This document shows positions 15,001 to 30,000 of a stretch of 64,000 bases of DNA, piece by piece; positions within the stretch are counted from its first letter, which is position 1; every line of letters starts with the position of its first letter. The translations under genes were made by a program, and so were the position numbers. The notes under the pieces were generated by a model that worked only from the letters and a program-made list of their open reading frames with translations, had not been told where the DNA came from and ran no database searches. Origin of the DNA: Eledone cirrhosa (lineage: Eukaryota); contig OZ024742.1 in assembly GCA_964016885.1 (NCBI GenBank), forward strand, positions 70,928,001-70,992,000, read 5' to 3'.

Positions 15001-18000
15001 GATGTGTCATAACCCTACTGTTCACATAACTTAAGATAGCCAGGGATGTGTCATAACCCTACTGTTCACATAACTTAAGATAGCCAGGGATGTTCCATAA
15101 CCCTATTGTTCACATAACTTAAGATAGCCAGCGATGTGTCATAACCCTACTGTTCACATAACTTAAGATAGTTTGGGATGTGCCATAACCCTACTGTTCC
15201 CATAACTTAAGATAGTCAGGGATGTACCATAACCCTACTGTTCACATAACTTAAGATAGACAGGGATGTGTCATAACCCTACTGTTCACATAACTTAAGA
15301 TAGCCAGGGATGTGTCATAACCCTACTGTTCACATAACTTAAGATAGCCAGGGATGTGTCATAACGCTACTGTTCACATATCTTAAGATAGCCAGGGATG
15401 TGTCATAACCCTACTGTTCACATAACTTAAGATAGCCAGGGATATGCAATAACCCTATTGTTCACATAACTTAAGATAGTCAGGGATGTGCCATAACCCA
15501 ACTGTTTACATAACTTAAGATAGTCAGGGATGTGTCATAACCCTACTGTTCACATAACTTAAGATAGTCAGGGATTTGTCATAACCCTACTGTTCACATA
15601 ACTTAAGATTGTCAGGGATGTGTCATAACCCTACTGTTCACATAACTTAAGATAGTCAGGGATGTGCCATAACCCTAATGTTCACATAACTTAAGATAGT
15701 CAGGGATGTACCATAACCCTACTGTTCACATAACTTAAGATAGTTAGGGATGTGCCATAACTCTACTGTTTACATAACTTAAGATAGCCAGCGATGTGCC
15801 ATAACCCTACTGTTCACACAACTTAAGATAGTCAGGGATGTGCCATAACCTTACTGTTCACATAACTTAAGATTGTCAGGGATGTGTCATAACCCTACTG
15901 TTCGCATAACTTAAGATAGTCAGGGATGTGCCATAACCTTACTGTTCACATAACTTTAGATAGTCAGGGATGTGCCATAACCCTACTGTTCACATAACTT
16001 AAGATAGTCATGGATGTATCATAACCCTACTGTTCACATAACTTAAGATGGTCAGGGATGTGTGATAACCCTACTGTTCACATAACTTAAGATAGCCAGG
16101 GATGTACCACAACCCTACTGTTCACATAACTTAAGATAGTCAGGGATGTGCGATAACCCTACTGTTCACATAACTTAAGATAGAGATGTGTCGTAACCCT
16201 ACTGTTCACATAACTTAAGATAGCCAGGGATGTGCCACAACCCTACTGTTCACATAACTTAAGATAGTCAGCGATGTGCCATAACCCTATTGTTCACATA
16301 ACTTAAGGTAGTCAGAGATATGTCATAACCCTACTGTTCACATAACTTAAGATAGTCAGGGATGTGTCATAACCCTACTGTTCACATAACTTAAGATAGT
16401 CAGGGATGTGCCATAACCCTACTGTTCACATAACTTAAGATAGTCAGGGATGTGCCATAACCCTACTGTTCACATAACTTAAGATAGTCAGAGATGTGTC
16501 ATACTCCTACTTTTCACATAACTTAAGATTATCAGCGATGTGTCATAACCCTACTGTTCACATAACTTAAGATAGTCAGGGATGTGCCATAACCCTACTG
16601 TTCACACAACTTAAGATAGCCAGGGATGTGTCATACCCCTACTTTTCACATAACTTAAGATAGTCAGCGATGTGTCATAACCCTACTGTTCACATAACTT
16701 AAGATAGTCAGGGATGTGTCATAACTCTACTGTTCACATAACTTAAGATAGTCAAGGATGTGCCATAACCCTACTGTTCACATAACTTAAGATAGTCAGG
16801 GATGTGTCATAACCCTACTGTTCACATAACTTAATATTGTCAGGGATGTGCCATAATGCTACTGTTCACATAACTTAAGATAGTTAGAGATGTGTCATAA
16901 CCCTACTGTTCACATAACTTAAGATAGCCAGGGATGTGTCATAACCCTACTGTTCACATAACTTAAGATAGCCAGGGATGTTCCATAACCCTATTGTTCA
17001 CATAACTTAAGATAGCCAGCGATGTGTCATAACCCTACTGTTCACATAACTTAAGATAGCCAGGGATGTGTCATAACGCTACTGTTCACATATCTTAAGA
17101 TAGCCAGGGATGTGTCATAACCGTATTGTTCACATAACTTAAGATAGTCAGGGATGTGCCATAACCCTACTGTTCACATAACTTAAGATAGTCAAGGATG
17201 TGCCATAACCCTATTGTTCACATAACTTAAGATAGTCAGGGAAGTGCGATAACCCTACTGTTCACATAACTTAAGATAGTCAGAGATGTGTCATACCCCT
17301 ACTTTTCACATAACTTAAGATAGTCAAGGATGTGCCATAACCCTACTGTTCACATAACTTAAGATAGTCAGGGATGTGTCATAACCCTTTTGTTCACATA
17401 ACTTAAGATAGTCAGGGATGTGTCATAACCGTATTGTTCACATAACTTAAGATAGTCAAGGATGTGCCATAACCCTATTGTTCACATAACTTAAGATAGT
17501 CAGGGAAGTGCGATAACCCTACTGTTCACATAACTTAAGATAGCCAGGGATGTTCCATAACCCTACTGTTCACATAACTTAAGATAGTCAGAGATGTGTC
17601 ATACTCCTACTTTTCACATAACTTAAGATTATCAGCGATGTGTCATAACCCTACTGTTCACATAACTTAAGATAGTCAGGGATGTGCCATAACCCTACTG
17701 TTCACACAACTTAAGATAGCCAGGGATGTGTCATACCCCTACTTTTCACATAACTTAAGATAGTCAGCGATGTGTCATAACCCTACTGTTCACATAACTT
17801 AAGATAGTCAGGGATGTGTCATAACTCTACTGTTCACATAACTTAAGATAGTCAAGGATGTGCCATAACCCTACTGTTCACATAACTTAAGATAGTCAGG
17901 GATGTGTCATAACCCTACTGTTCACATAACTTAATATTGTCAGGGATGTGCCATAATGCTACTGTTCACATAACTTAAGATAGTTAGAGATGTGTCATAA

Positions 18001-21000
18001 CCCTACTGTTCACATAACTTAAGATAGCCAGGGATGTGTCATAACCCTACTGTTCACATAACTTAAGATAGCCAGGGATGTTCCATAACCCTATTGTTCA
18101 CATAACTTAAGATAGCCAGCGATGTGTCATAACCCTACTGTTCACATAACTTAAGATAGTTTGGGATGTGCCATAACCCTACTGTTCCCATAACTTAAGA
18201 TAGTCAGGGATGTACCATAACCCTACTGTTCACATAACTTAAGATAGACAGGGATGTGTCATAACCCTACTGTTCACATAACTTAAGATAGCCAGGGATG
18301 TGTCATAACCCTACTGTTCACATAACTTAAGATAGCCAGGGATGTGTCATAACGCTACTGTTCACATATCTTAAGATAGCCAGGGATGTGTCATAACCCT
18401 ACTGTTCACATAACTTAAGATAGCCAGGGATATGCAATAACCCTATTGTTCACATAACTTAAGATAGTCAGGGATGTGCCATAACCCAACTGTTTACATA
18501 ACTTAAGATAGTCAGGGATGTGTCATAACCCTACTGTTCACATAACTTAAGATAGTCAGGGATTTGTCATAACCCTACTGTTCACATAACTTAAGATTGT
18601 CAGGGATGTGTCATAACCCTACTGTTCACATAACTTAAGATAGTCAGGGATGTGCCATAACCCTACTGTTCACATAACTTAAGATAGTCAGGGATGTGCC
18701 ATAACCCTATTGTTCACATAACTTAAGATAGTCAGGGAAGTGCGATAACCCTACTGTTCACATAACTTAAGATAGCCAGGGATGTTCCATAACCCTACTG
18801 TTCACATAACTTAAGATAGTCAGAGATGTGTCATACTCCTACTTTTCACATAACTTAAGATTATCAGCGATGTGTCATAACCCTACTGTTCACATAACTT
18901 AAGATTATCAGCGATGTGTCATAACCCTACTGTTCACATAACTTAAGATAGTCAGGGATGTGCCATAACCCTACTGTTCACACAACTTAAGATAGCCAGG
19001 GATGTGTCATACCCCTACTTTTCACATAACTTAAGATAGTCAGCGATGTGTCATAACCCTACTGTTCACATAACTTAAGATAGTCAGGGATGTGTCATAA
19101 CTCTACTGTTCACATAACTTAAGATAGTCAAGGATGTGCCATAACCCTACTGTTCACATAACTTAAGATAGTCAGGGATGTGTCATAACCCTACTGTTCA
19201 CATAACTTAATATTGTCAGGGATGTGCCATAATGCTACTGTTCACATAACTTAAGATAGTTAGAGATGTGTCATAACCCTACTGTTCACATAACTTAAGA
19301 TAGCCAGGGATGTGTCATAACCCTACTGTTCACATAACTTAAGATAGCCAGGGATGTTCCATAACCCTATTGTTCACATAACTTAAGATAGCCAGCGATG
19401 TGTCATAACCCTACTGTTCACATAACTTAAGATAGTTTGGGATGTGCCATAACCCTACTGTTCCCATAACTTAAGATAGTCAGGGATGTACCATAACCCT
19501 ACTGTTCACATAACTTAAGATAGACAGGGATGTGTCATAACCCTACTGTTCACATAACTTAAGATAGCCAGGGATGTGTCATAACCCTACTGTTCACATA
19601 ACTTAAGATAGCCAGGGATGTGTCATAACGCTACTGTTCACATATCTTAAGATAGCCAGGGATGTGTCATAACCCTACTGTTCACATAACTTAAGATAGC
19701 CAGGGATATGCAATAACCCTATTGTTCACATAACTTAAGATAGTCAGGGATGTGCCATAACCCAACTGTTTACATAACTTAAGATAGTCAGGGATGTGTC
19801 ATAACCCTACTGTTCACATAACTTAAGATAGTCAGGGATTTGTCATAACCCTACTGTTCACATAACTTAAGATTGTCAGGGATGTGTCATAACCCTACTG
19901 TTCACATAACTTAAGATAGTCAGGGATGTGCCATAACCCTAATGTTCACATAACTTAAGATAGTCAGGGATGTACCATAACCCTACTGTTCACATAACTT
20001 AAGATAGTTAGGGATGTGCCATAACTCTACTGTTTACATAACTTAAGATAGCCAGCGATGTGCCATAACCCTACTGTTCACACAACTTAAGATAGTCAGG
20101 GATGTGCCATAACCTTACTGTTCACATAACTTAAGATTGTCAGGGATGTGTCATAACCCTACTGTTCGCATAACTTAAGATAGTCAGGGATGTGCCATAA
20201 CCTTACTGTTCACATAACTTTAGATAGTCAGGGATGTGCCATAACCCTACTGTTCACATAACTTAAGATAGTCATGGATGTATCATAACCCTACTGTTCA
20301 CATAACTTAAGATGGTCAGGGATGTGTGATAACCCTACTGTTCACATAACTTAAGATAGCCAGGGATGTACCACAACCCTACTGTTCACATAACTTAAGA
20401 TAGTCAGGGATGTGCGATAACCCTACTGTTCACATAACTTAAGATAGAGATGTGTCGTAACCCTACTGTTCACATAACTTAAGATAGCCAGGGATGTGCC
20501 ACAACCCTACTGTTCACATAACTTAAGATAGTCAGCGATGTGCCATAACCCTATTGTTCACATAACTTAAGGTAGTCAGAGATATGTCATAACCCTACTG
20601 TTCACATAACTTAAGATAGTCAGGGATGTGTCATAACCCTACTGTTCACATAACTTAAGATAGTCAGGGATGTGCCATAACCCTACTGTTCACATAACTT
20701 AAGATAGTCAGGGATGTGCCATAACCCTACTGTTCACATAACTTAAGATAGTCAGGGATGTGCCATAATGCTACTGTTCACATAACTTAAGATAGTCAGG
20801 GATGTGCCATAACCCTACTGTTCACATAACTTAAGATAGTCAGGGATGTGTCATAACCCTTTTGTTCACATAACTTAAGATAGTCAGGGATGTGTCATAA
20901 CCGTATTGTTCACATAACTTAAGATAGTCAGGGATGTGCCATAACCCTACTGTTCACATAACTTAAGATAGTCAAGGATGTGCCATAACCCTATTGTTCA

Positions 21001-24000
21001 CATAACTTAAGATAGTCAGGGAAGTGCGATAACCCTACTGTTCACATAACTTAAGATAGAGATGTGCCATAACCCTACTGTTCACATAACTTAAGATAGC
21101 CAGGGATGTTCCATAACCCTACTGTTCACATAACTTAAGATAGTCAGAGATGTGTCATACTCCTACTTTTCACATAACTTAAGATTATCAGCGATGTGTC
21201 ATAACCCTACTGTTCACATAACTTAAGATAGTCAGGGATGTGTCATAACCCTACTGTTCACATAACTTAAGATAGACAGGGATGTGCCATAACCCTACTG
21301 TTCACACAACTTAAGATAGCCAGGGATGTGTCATACCCCTACTTTTCACATAACTTAAGATAGTCAGCGATGTGTCATAACCCTACTGTTCACATAACTT
21401 AAGATAGTCAGGGATGTGTCATAACTCTACTGTTCACATAACTTAAGATAGTCAAGGATGTGCCATAACCCTACTGTTCACATAACTTAAGATAGTCAGC
21501 GATGTGTCATAACCCTACTGTTCACATAACTTAAGATAGCCAGGGATGTGTCATAACCCTACTGTTCACATAACTTAAGATAGCCAGGGATGTTCCATAA
21601 CCCTATTGTTCACATAACTTAAGATAGCCAGGGATGTGTCATAACCCTACTGTTCACATAACTTAAGATAGCCAGGGATGTGTCATAACGCTACTGTTCA
21701 CATATCTTAAGATAGCCAAGGATGTGTCATAACCCTACTGTTCACATAACTTAAGATAGTCAGGGATGTGCCATAACCCAACTGTTTACATAACTTAAGA
21801 TAGTCAGGGATGTGTCATAACCCTACTGTTCACATAACTTAAGATAGTCAGGGATTTGTCATAACCCTACTGTTCACATAACTTAAGATAGCCGGGGATG
21901 TGTCATAACCCTACTGTTCACATAACTTATGATAGCCAGCGATGTGTTATAACCCTACTGTTCACATAACTTAAGATAGCCAGGGATGTCCCATAACCCT
22001 ACTGTTCACATAACTTAAGATAGTCATGGATGTATCATAACTCTACTGTTCACATAACTTAAGATAGCCAGGGATGTACCACAACCCTACTGTTCACATA
22101 ACTTAAGATAGTCAGGGATGTGCGATAACCCTACTGTTCACATAACTTAAGGTAGTCAGAGATATGTCATAACCCTACTGTTCACATAACTTAAGATAGT
22201 CAGGGATGTGTCATAACCCTACTGTTCACATAATTTAAGGTAGTCAGAGATATGTCATAACCCAACTGTTCACATAACTTAAGATAGTCAAGGATGTGCC
22301 ATAACCCTACTGTTCACATAACTTAAGATAGTCAGGGATGTGTCATAACCCTTTTGTTCACATAACTTAAGATAGTCAGGGATGTGTCATAACCGTATTG
22401 TTCACATAACTTAAGATAGTCAGGGATGTGCCATAACCCTACTGTTCACATAACTTAAGATAGTCAAGGATGTGCCATAACCCTATTGTTCACATAACTT
22501 AAGATAGTCAGGGAAGTGCGATAACCCTACTGTTCACATAACTTAAGATAGTCAGAGATGTGTCATACCCCTACTTTTCACATAACTTAAGATAGTCAAG
22601 GATGTGCCATAACCCTACTGTTCACATAACTTAAGATAGTCAGGGATGTGCCATAATGCTACTGTTCACATAACTTAAGATAGTCAGGGATGTGCCATAA
22701 CCCTACTGTTCACATAACTTAAGATAGTCAGGGATGTGTCATAACCGTATTGTTCACATAACTTAAGATAGTCAGGGATGTGCCATAACCCTACTGTTCA
22801 CATAACTTAAGATAGTCAAGGATGTGCCATAACCCTATTGTTCACATAACTTAAGATAGTCAGGGAAGTGCGATAACCCTACTGTTCACATAACTTAAGA
22901 TAGCCAGGGATGTTCCATAACCCTACTGTTCACATAACTTAAGATAGTCAGAGATGTGTCATACTCCTACTTTTCACATAACTTAAGATTATCAGCGATG
23001 TGTCATAACCCTACTGTTCACATAACTTAAGATAGTCAGGGATGTGCCATAACCCTACTGTTCACACAACTTAAGATAGCCAGGGATGTGTCATACCCCT
23101 ACTTTTCACATAACTTAAGATAGTCAGCGATGTGTCATAACCCTACTGTTCACATAACTTAAGATAGTCAGGGATGTGTCATAACTCTACTGTTCACATA
23201 ACTTAAGATAGTCAAGGATGTGCCATAACCCTACTGTTCACATAACTTAAGATAGTCAGGGATGTGTCATAACCCTACTGTTCACATAACTTAATATTGT
23301 CAGGGATGTGCCATAATGCTACTGTTCACATAACTTAAGATAGTTAGAGATGTGTCATAACCCTACTGTTCACATAACTTAAGATAGCCAGGGATGTGTC
23401 ATAACCCTACTGTTCACATAACTTAAGATAGCCAGGGATGTTCCATAACCCTATTGTTCACATAACTTAAGATAGCCAGCGATGTGTCATAACCCTACTG
23501 TTCACATAACTTAAGATAGTTTGGGATGTGCCATAACCCTACTGTTCCCATAACTTAAGATAGTCAGGGATGTACCATAACCCTACTGTTCACATAACTT
23601 AAGATAGACAGGGATGTGTCATAACCCTACTGTTCACATAACTTAAGATAGCCAGGGATGTGTCATAACCCTACTGTTCACATAACTTAAGATAGCCAGG
23701 GATGTGTCATAACGCTACTGTTCACATATCTTAAGATAGCCAGGGATGTGTCATAACCCTACTGTTCACATAACTTAAGATAGCCAGGGATATGCAATAA
23801 CCCTATTGTTCACATAACTTAAGATAGTCAGGGATGTGCCATAACCCAACTGTTTACATAACTTAAGATAGTCAGGGATGTGTCATAACCCTACTGTTCA
23901 CATAACTTAAGATAGTCAGGGATTTGTCATAACCCTACTGTTCACATAACTTAAGATTGTCAGGGATGTGTCATAACCCTACTGTTCACATAACTTAAGA

Positions 24001-27000
24001 TAGTCAGGGATGTGCCATAACCCTAATGTTCACATAACTTAAGATAGTCAGGGATGTACCATAACCCTACTGTTCACATAACTTAAGATAGTTAGGGATG
24101 TGCCATAACTCTACTGTTTACATAACTTAAGATAGCCAGGGATGTGTCATAACCCTACTGTTCACATAACTTAAGATAGTCAGGGATGTGCCATAACCCA
24201 ACTGTTTACATAACTTAAGATAGTCAGGGATGTGTCATAACCCTACTGTTCACATAACTTAAGATAGTCAGCGATGTGTCATAACCCTACTGTTCACATA
24301 ACTTAAGATAGCCAGGGATGTGTCATAACCCTACTGTTCACATAACTTAAGATAGTCAGGGATTTGTCATAACCCTACTGTTCACATAACTTAAGATTGT
24401 CAGGGATGTGTCATAACCCTACTGTTCACATAACTTAAGATAGTCAGGGATGTGCCATAACCCTAATGTTCACATAACTTAAGATAGTCAGCGATGTACC
24501 ATAACCCTACTGTTCACATAACTTAAGATAGTTAGGGATGTGCCATAACTCTACTGTTTACATAACTTAAGATAGCCGGGGATGTGTCATAACCCTACTG
24601 TTCACATAACTTATGATAGCCAGCGATGTGTTATAACCCTACTGTTCACATAACTTAAGATAGCCAGGGATGTCCCATAACCCTACTGTTCACATAACTT
24701 AAGATAGTCATGGATGTATCATAACTCTACTGTTCACATAACTTAAGATAGCCAGGGATGTACCACAACCCTACTGTTCACATAACTTAAGATAGTCAGG
24801 GATGTGCGATAACCCTACTGTTCACATAACTTAAGGTAGTCAGAGATATGTCATAACCCTACTGTTCACATAACTTAAGATAGTCAGGGATGTGTCATAA
24901 CCCTACTGTTCACATAATTTAAGGTAGTCAGAGATATGTCATAACCCTACTGTTCACATAACTTAAGATAGTCAAGGATGTGCCATAACCCTACTGTTCA
25001 CATAACTTAAGATAGTCAGGGATGTGTCATAACCCTTTTGTTCACATAACTTAAGATAGTCAGGGATGTGTCATAACCGTATTGTTCACATAACTTAAGA
25101 TAGTCAGGGATGTGCCATAACCCTACTGTTCACATAACTTAAGATAGTCAAGGATGTGCCATAACCCTATTGTTCACATAACTTAAGATAGTCAGGGAAG
25201 TGCGATAACCCTACTGTTCACATAAGTTAAGATAGTCAGAGATGTGTCATACCCCTACTTTTCACATAACTTAAGATAGTCAAGGATGTGCCATAACCCT
25301 ACTGTTCACATAACTTAAGATAGTCAGGGATGTGCCATAATGCTACTGTTCACATAACTTAAGATAGTCAGGGATGTGCCATAACCCTACTGTTCACATA
25401 ACTTAAGATAGTCAGGGATGTGTCATAACCCTTTTGTTCACATAACTTAAGATAGTCAGGGATGTGTCATAACCGTATTGTTCACATAACTTAAGATAGT
25501 CAGGGATGTGCCATAACCCTACTGTTCACATAACTTAAGATAGTCAAGGATGTGCCATAACCCTATTGTTCACATAACTTAAGATAGTCAGGGAAGTGCG
25601 ATAACCCTACTGTTCACATAACTTAAGATAGCCAGGGATGTTCCATAACCCTACTGTTCACATAACTTAAGATAGTCAGATGTGTCATACTCCTACTTTT
25701 CACATAACTTAAGATTATCAGCGATGTGTCATAACCCTACTGTTCACATAACTTAAGATAGTCAGGGATGTGCCATAACCCTACTGTTCACACAACTTAA
25801 GATAGCCAGGGATGTGTCATACCCCTACTTTTCACATAACTTAAGATAGTCAGCGATGTGTCATAACCCTACTGTTCACATAACTTAAGATAGTCAGGGA
25901 TGTGTCATAACTCTACTGTTCACATAACTTAAGATAGTCAAGGATGTGCCATAACCCTACTGTTCACATAACTTAAGATAGTCAGGGATGTGTCATAACC
26001 CTACTGTTCACATAACTTAATATTGTCAGGGATGTGCCATAATGCTACTGTTCACATAACTTAAGATAGTTAGAGATGTGTCATAACCCTACTGTTCACA
26101 TAACTTAAGATAGCCAGGGATGTGTCATAACCCTACTGTTCACATAACTTAAGATAGCCAGGGATGTTCCATAACCCTATTGTTCACATAACTTAAGATA
26201 GCCAGCGATGTGTCATAACCCTACTGTTCACATAACTTAAGATAGTTTGGGATGTGCCATAACCCTACTGTTCCCATAACTTAAGATAGTCAGGGATGTA
26301 CCATTACCCTACTGTTCACATAACTTAAGATAGACAGGGATGTGTCATAACCCTACTGTTCACATAACTTAAGATAGCCAGGGATGTGTCATAACCCTAC
26401 TGTTCACATAACTTAAGATAGCCAGGGATGTGTCATAACGCTACTGTTCACATATCTTAAGATAGCCAGGGATGTGTCATAACCCTACTGTTCACATAAC
26501 TTAAGATAGCCAGGGATATGCAATAACCCTATTGTTCACATAACTTAAGATAGTCAGGGATGTGCCATAACCCAACTGTTTACATAACTTAAGATAGTCA
26601 GGGATGTGTCATAACCCTACTGTTCACATAACTTAAGATAGTCAGGGATTTGTCATAACCCTACTGTTCACATAACTTAAGATTGTCAGGGATGTGTCAT
26701 AACCCTACTGTTCACATAACTTAAGATAGTCAGGGATGTGCCATAACCCTAATGTTCACATAACTTAAGATAGTCAGGGATGTACCATAACCCTACTGTT
26801 CACATAACTTAAGATAGTTAGGGATGTGCCATAACTCTACTGTTTACATAACTTAAGATAGCCAGGGATGTGTCATAACCCTACTGTTCACATAACTTAA
26901 GATAGTCAGGGATGTGCCATAACCCTATTGTTCACATAACTTATGATAGCCAGCGATGTGTTATAACCCTACTGTTCACATAACTTAAGATAGCCAGCGA

Positions 27001-30000
27001 TGTGCCATAACCCTACTGTTCACACAACTTAAGATAGTCAGGGATGTGCCATAACCTTACTGTTCACATAACTTAAGATTGTCAGGGATGTGTCATAACC
27101 CTACTGTTCGCATAACTTAAGATAGTCAGGGATGTGCCATAACCTTACTGTTCACATAACTTAAGATAGTCAGCAATGTGTCGTAACCCTTCTGTTCACA
27201 TAACTTTAGATAGTCAGGGATGTGCCATAACCCTACTGTTCACATAACTTAAGATAGTCATGGATGTATCATAACCCTACTGTTCACATAACTTAAGATG
27301 GTCAGGGATGTGTGATAACCCTACTGTTCACATAACTTAAGATTGCCAGGGATGTACCACAACCCTACTGTTCACATAACTTAAGATAGTCAGGGATGTG
27401 CGATAACCCTACTGTTCACATAACTTAAGATAGAGATGTGTCGTAACCCTACTGTTCACATAACTTAAGATAGTCAGGGATGTGCCATAACCCTATTGTT
27501 CACATAACTTAAGGTAGTCAGAGATATGTCATAACCCTACTGTTCACATAACTTAAGATAGTCAGGGATGTGTCATAACCCTACTGTTCACATAACTTAA
27601 GATAGTCAGGGATGTGCCATAACCCTACTGTTCACATAACTTAAGATAGTCAGGGATGTGCCATAACCCTACTGTTCACATAACTTAAGATAGTCAGGGA
27701 TGTGTCATAACCCTTTTGTTCACATAACTTAAGATAGTCAGGGATGTGTCATAACCGTATTGTTCACATAACTTAAGATAGTCAGGGATGTGCCATAACC
27801 CTACTGTTCACATAACTTAAGATAGTCAGGGAAGTGCGATAACCCTACTGTTCACATAACTTAAGATAGAGATGTGTCATAACCCTACTGTTCACATAAC
27901 TTAAGATAGTCAGAGATGTGTCATACCCCTACTTTTCACATAACTTAAGATAGTCAAGGATGTGCCATAACCCTACTGTTCACATAACTTAAGATAGCCA
28001 GGGATGTGTCATAACCCTACTGTTCACATAACTTAAGATAGTCAGGGATGTGCCATAATGCTACTGTTCACATAACTTAAGATAGTCAGGGATGTGCCAT
28101 AACCCTACTGTTCACATAACTTAAGATAGTCAGGGATGTGTCATAACCCTTTTGTTCACATAACTTAAGATAGTCAGGGATGTGTCATAACCGTATTGTT
28201 CACATAACTTAAGATAGTCAGGGATGTGTCATAACCGTATTGTTCACATAACTTAAGATAGTCAGGGATGTGCCATAACCCTACTGTTCACATAACTTAA
28301 GATAGTCAGGGAAGTGCGATAACCCTACTGTTCACATAACTTAAGATAGAGATGTGTCATAACCCTACTGTTCACATAACTTAAGATAGTCAGAGATGTG
28401 TCATACCCCTACTTTTCACATAACTTAAGATAGTCAAGGATGTGCCATAACCCTACTGTTCACATAACTTAAGATAGTCAGGGATGTGCCATAACCCTAC
28501 TGTTCACATAACTTAAGATAGTCAGGGATGTGCCATAATGCTACTGTTCACATAACTTAAGATAGTCAGGGATGTGCCATAACCCTACTGTTCACATAAC
28601 TTAAGATAGTCAGGGATGTGTCATAACCCTTTTGTTCACATAACTTAAGATAGTCAGGGATGTGTCATAACCGTATTGTTCACATAACTTAAGATAGTCA
28701 GGGATGTGCCATAACCCTACTGTTCACATAACTTAAGATAGTCAAGGATGTGCCATAACCCTATTGTTCACATAACTTAAGATAGTCAGGGAAGTGCGAT
28801 AACCCTACTGTTCACATAACTTAAGATAGAGATGTGCCATAACCCTACTGTTCACATAACTTAAGATAGCCAGGGATGTTCCATAACCCTACTGTTCACA
28901 TAACTTAAGATAGTCAGAGATGTGTCATACTCCTACTTTTCACATAACTTAAGATTATCAGCGATGTGTCATAACCCTACTGTTCACATAACTTAAGATA
29001 GTCAGGGATGTGTCATAACCCTACTGTTCACATAACTTAAGATAGACAGGGATGTGCCATAACCCTACTGTTCACACAACTTAAGATAGCCAGGGATGTG
29101 TCATACCCCTACTTTTCACATAACTTAAGATAGTCAGCGATGTGTCATAACCCTACTGTTCACATAACTTAAGATAGTCAGGGATGTGTCATAACTCTAC
29201 TGTTCACATAACTTAAGATAGTCAAGGATGTGCCATAACCCTACTGTTCACATAACTTAAGATAGTCAGCGATGTGTCATAACCCTACTGTTCACATAAC
29301 TTAAGATAGCCAGGGATGTGTCATAACCCTACTGTTCACATAACTTAAGATAGCCAGGGATGTTCCATAACCCTATTGTTCACATAACTTAAGATAGCCA
29401 GGGATGTGTCATAACCCTACTGTTCACATAACTTAAGATAGCCAGGGATGTGTCATAACGCTACTGTTCACATATCTTAAGATAGCCAAGGATGTGTCAT
29501 AACCCTACTGTTCACATAACTTAAGATAGTCAGGGATGTGCCATAACCCAACTGTTTACATAACTTAAGATAGTCAGGGATGTGTCATAACCCTACTGTT
29601 CACATAACTTAAGATAGTCAGGGATTTGTCATAACCCTACTGTTCACATAACTTAAGATAGCCGGGGATGTGTCATAACCCTACTGTTCACATAACTTAT
29701 GATAGCCAGCGATGTGTTATAACCCTACTGTTCACATAACTTAAGATAGCCAGGGATGTCCCATAACCCTACTGTTCACATAACTTAAGATAGTCATGGA
29801 TGTATCATAACTCTACTGTTCACATAACTTAAGATAGCCAGGGATGTACCACAACCCTACTGTTCACATAACTTAAGATAGTCAGGGATGTGCGATAACC
29901 CTACTGTTCACATAACTTAAGGTAGTCAGAGATATGTCATAACCCTACTGTTCACATAACTTAAGATAGTCAGGGATGTGTCATAACCCTACTGTTCACA

